This document shows, in pieces, positions 63,367 through 64,000 of a stretch of 64,000 bases of DNA. The translations under genes were made by a program, and so were the position numbers. The DNA lies in NCBI RefSeq assembly GCF_022045235.1, contig NW_027266308.1, forward strand, positions 13,950,001 to 14,014,000, given 5' to 3'. The stretch is from Haliotis cracherodii (Eukaryota). Every line of letters begins with the position of its first letter. Within the stretch, counting starts at the first letter, position 1. The notes under the pieces were generated by a model, which did not search any database, had not been told where the DNA came from, and saw only the letters and a list, made by a program, of their open reading frames with translations.

Positions 63367-64000
63367 ATGAAAGTAACACTGGTTCTCGTCATTGTCAGCA
63401 CTATTATTGGTGAGTTGAAGATACTAACGGCTTTAATAGTTTAGTTAGCCGATGAGATTTGTTGTGTACATGTATTTTTTATAATGGTAATGGTTCATAT
63501 TATTCATAGATAATATTATTAATTTGCATTGCGCCTTTTTCCATGCTGGATACCAATGCGTTCTATTATGACTCCGGGAAATGAATCCGTGTGCACTCAT
63601 TTCAGCTCCCTTGGGAAGATATAACCTGATCTGCCTATGAGGCACTAGAAGACTAATAGTCACATAACCACCTCACCGAAAGGGGAACCCAATCACTGCT
63701 GACTGAACAGAGGCATGTTTCGAACAAAGGCACTAGCCTTTAGAAAACACCACCTGTACTGCTTGGGCTACAGTGTCGGGCAGGTCCAAGAAACTCTTAG
63801 GAATCAAGGCTGCCAAACACGCTCAGCCATCCAATTGCTTTCTTCCACAAACTGTGCTTAAAGCCTTGACCTGTGACCCCCAAACAGGATCTCGTGCCCC
63901 AACTTCTAATGAGATATTGTTTCTTTCGTTCAGCTGTTATCGACAGCGAGCCCTGCAGGGATGACAACGACTGTACTCACACGACATGTGATAGTACCGG
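63367..64000 (+). CDS. Type A gene, diverged copy, truncated by window end (exon 1 and partial exon 2)
   Basis: Exon 1 63367-63409 identical to the tandem copies; exon 2 from 63934 reads AVIDSEPCRDDNDCTHTTCDSTG (I>T and V>T versus copy 1). Confidence 0.88.

Overview
Eukaryotic, AT-rich, repeat-dense animal DNA. The gene family and SINE types suggest a mollusc, possibly an abalone-like gastropod (inference). The host content is a cluster of small 4-exon genes for secreted 14-cysteine peptides resembling the molluscan cvSI-2 / MEROPS I84 protease-inhibitor family; the ORF track misses them because they are spliced. Present are three near-identical tandem copies (about 3.54-kb unit, 1-14 kb; the third is interrupted by a Tx1/L1-like LINE), a divergent intact paralog (52452-54545), a further copy running off the right edge (63367-), and two damaged minus-strand paralogs of a second subfamily (26.4-27.6 kb, 29.5-32.6 kb). 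Two duplicated blocks (16.1-19.2 kb and 20.9-26.0 kb) retain introns and flanks but have lost the exons through discrete deletions. The rest is transposable elements: several LINEs, Penelope-like relics, mariner, Tc1, a Harbinger-like MITE, an Ngaro-like tyrosine-recombinase retrotransposon with an SGNH hydrolase, a second DIRS-order element whose filled site, empty site and circle junction all lie in the window, several SINE families and satellites. All alignments were made by eye, so breakpoints are approximate to a few bp unless stated.
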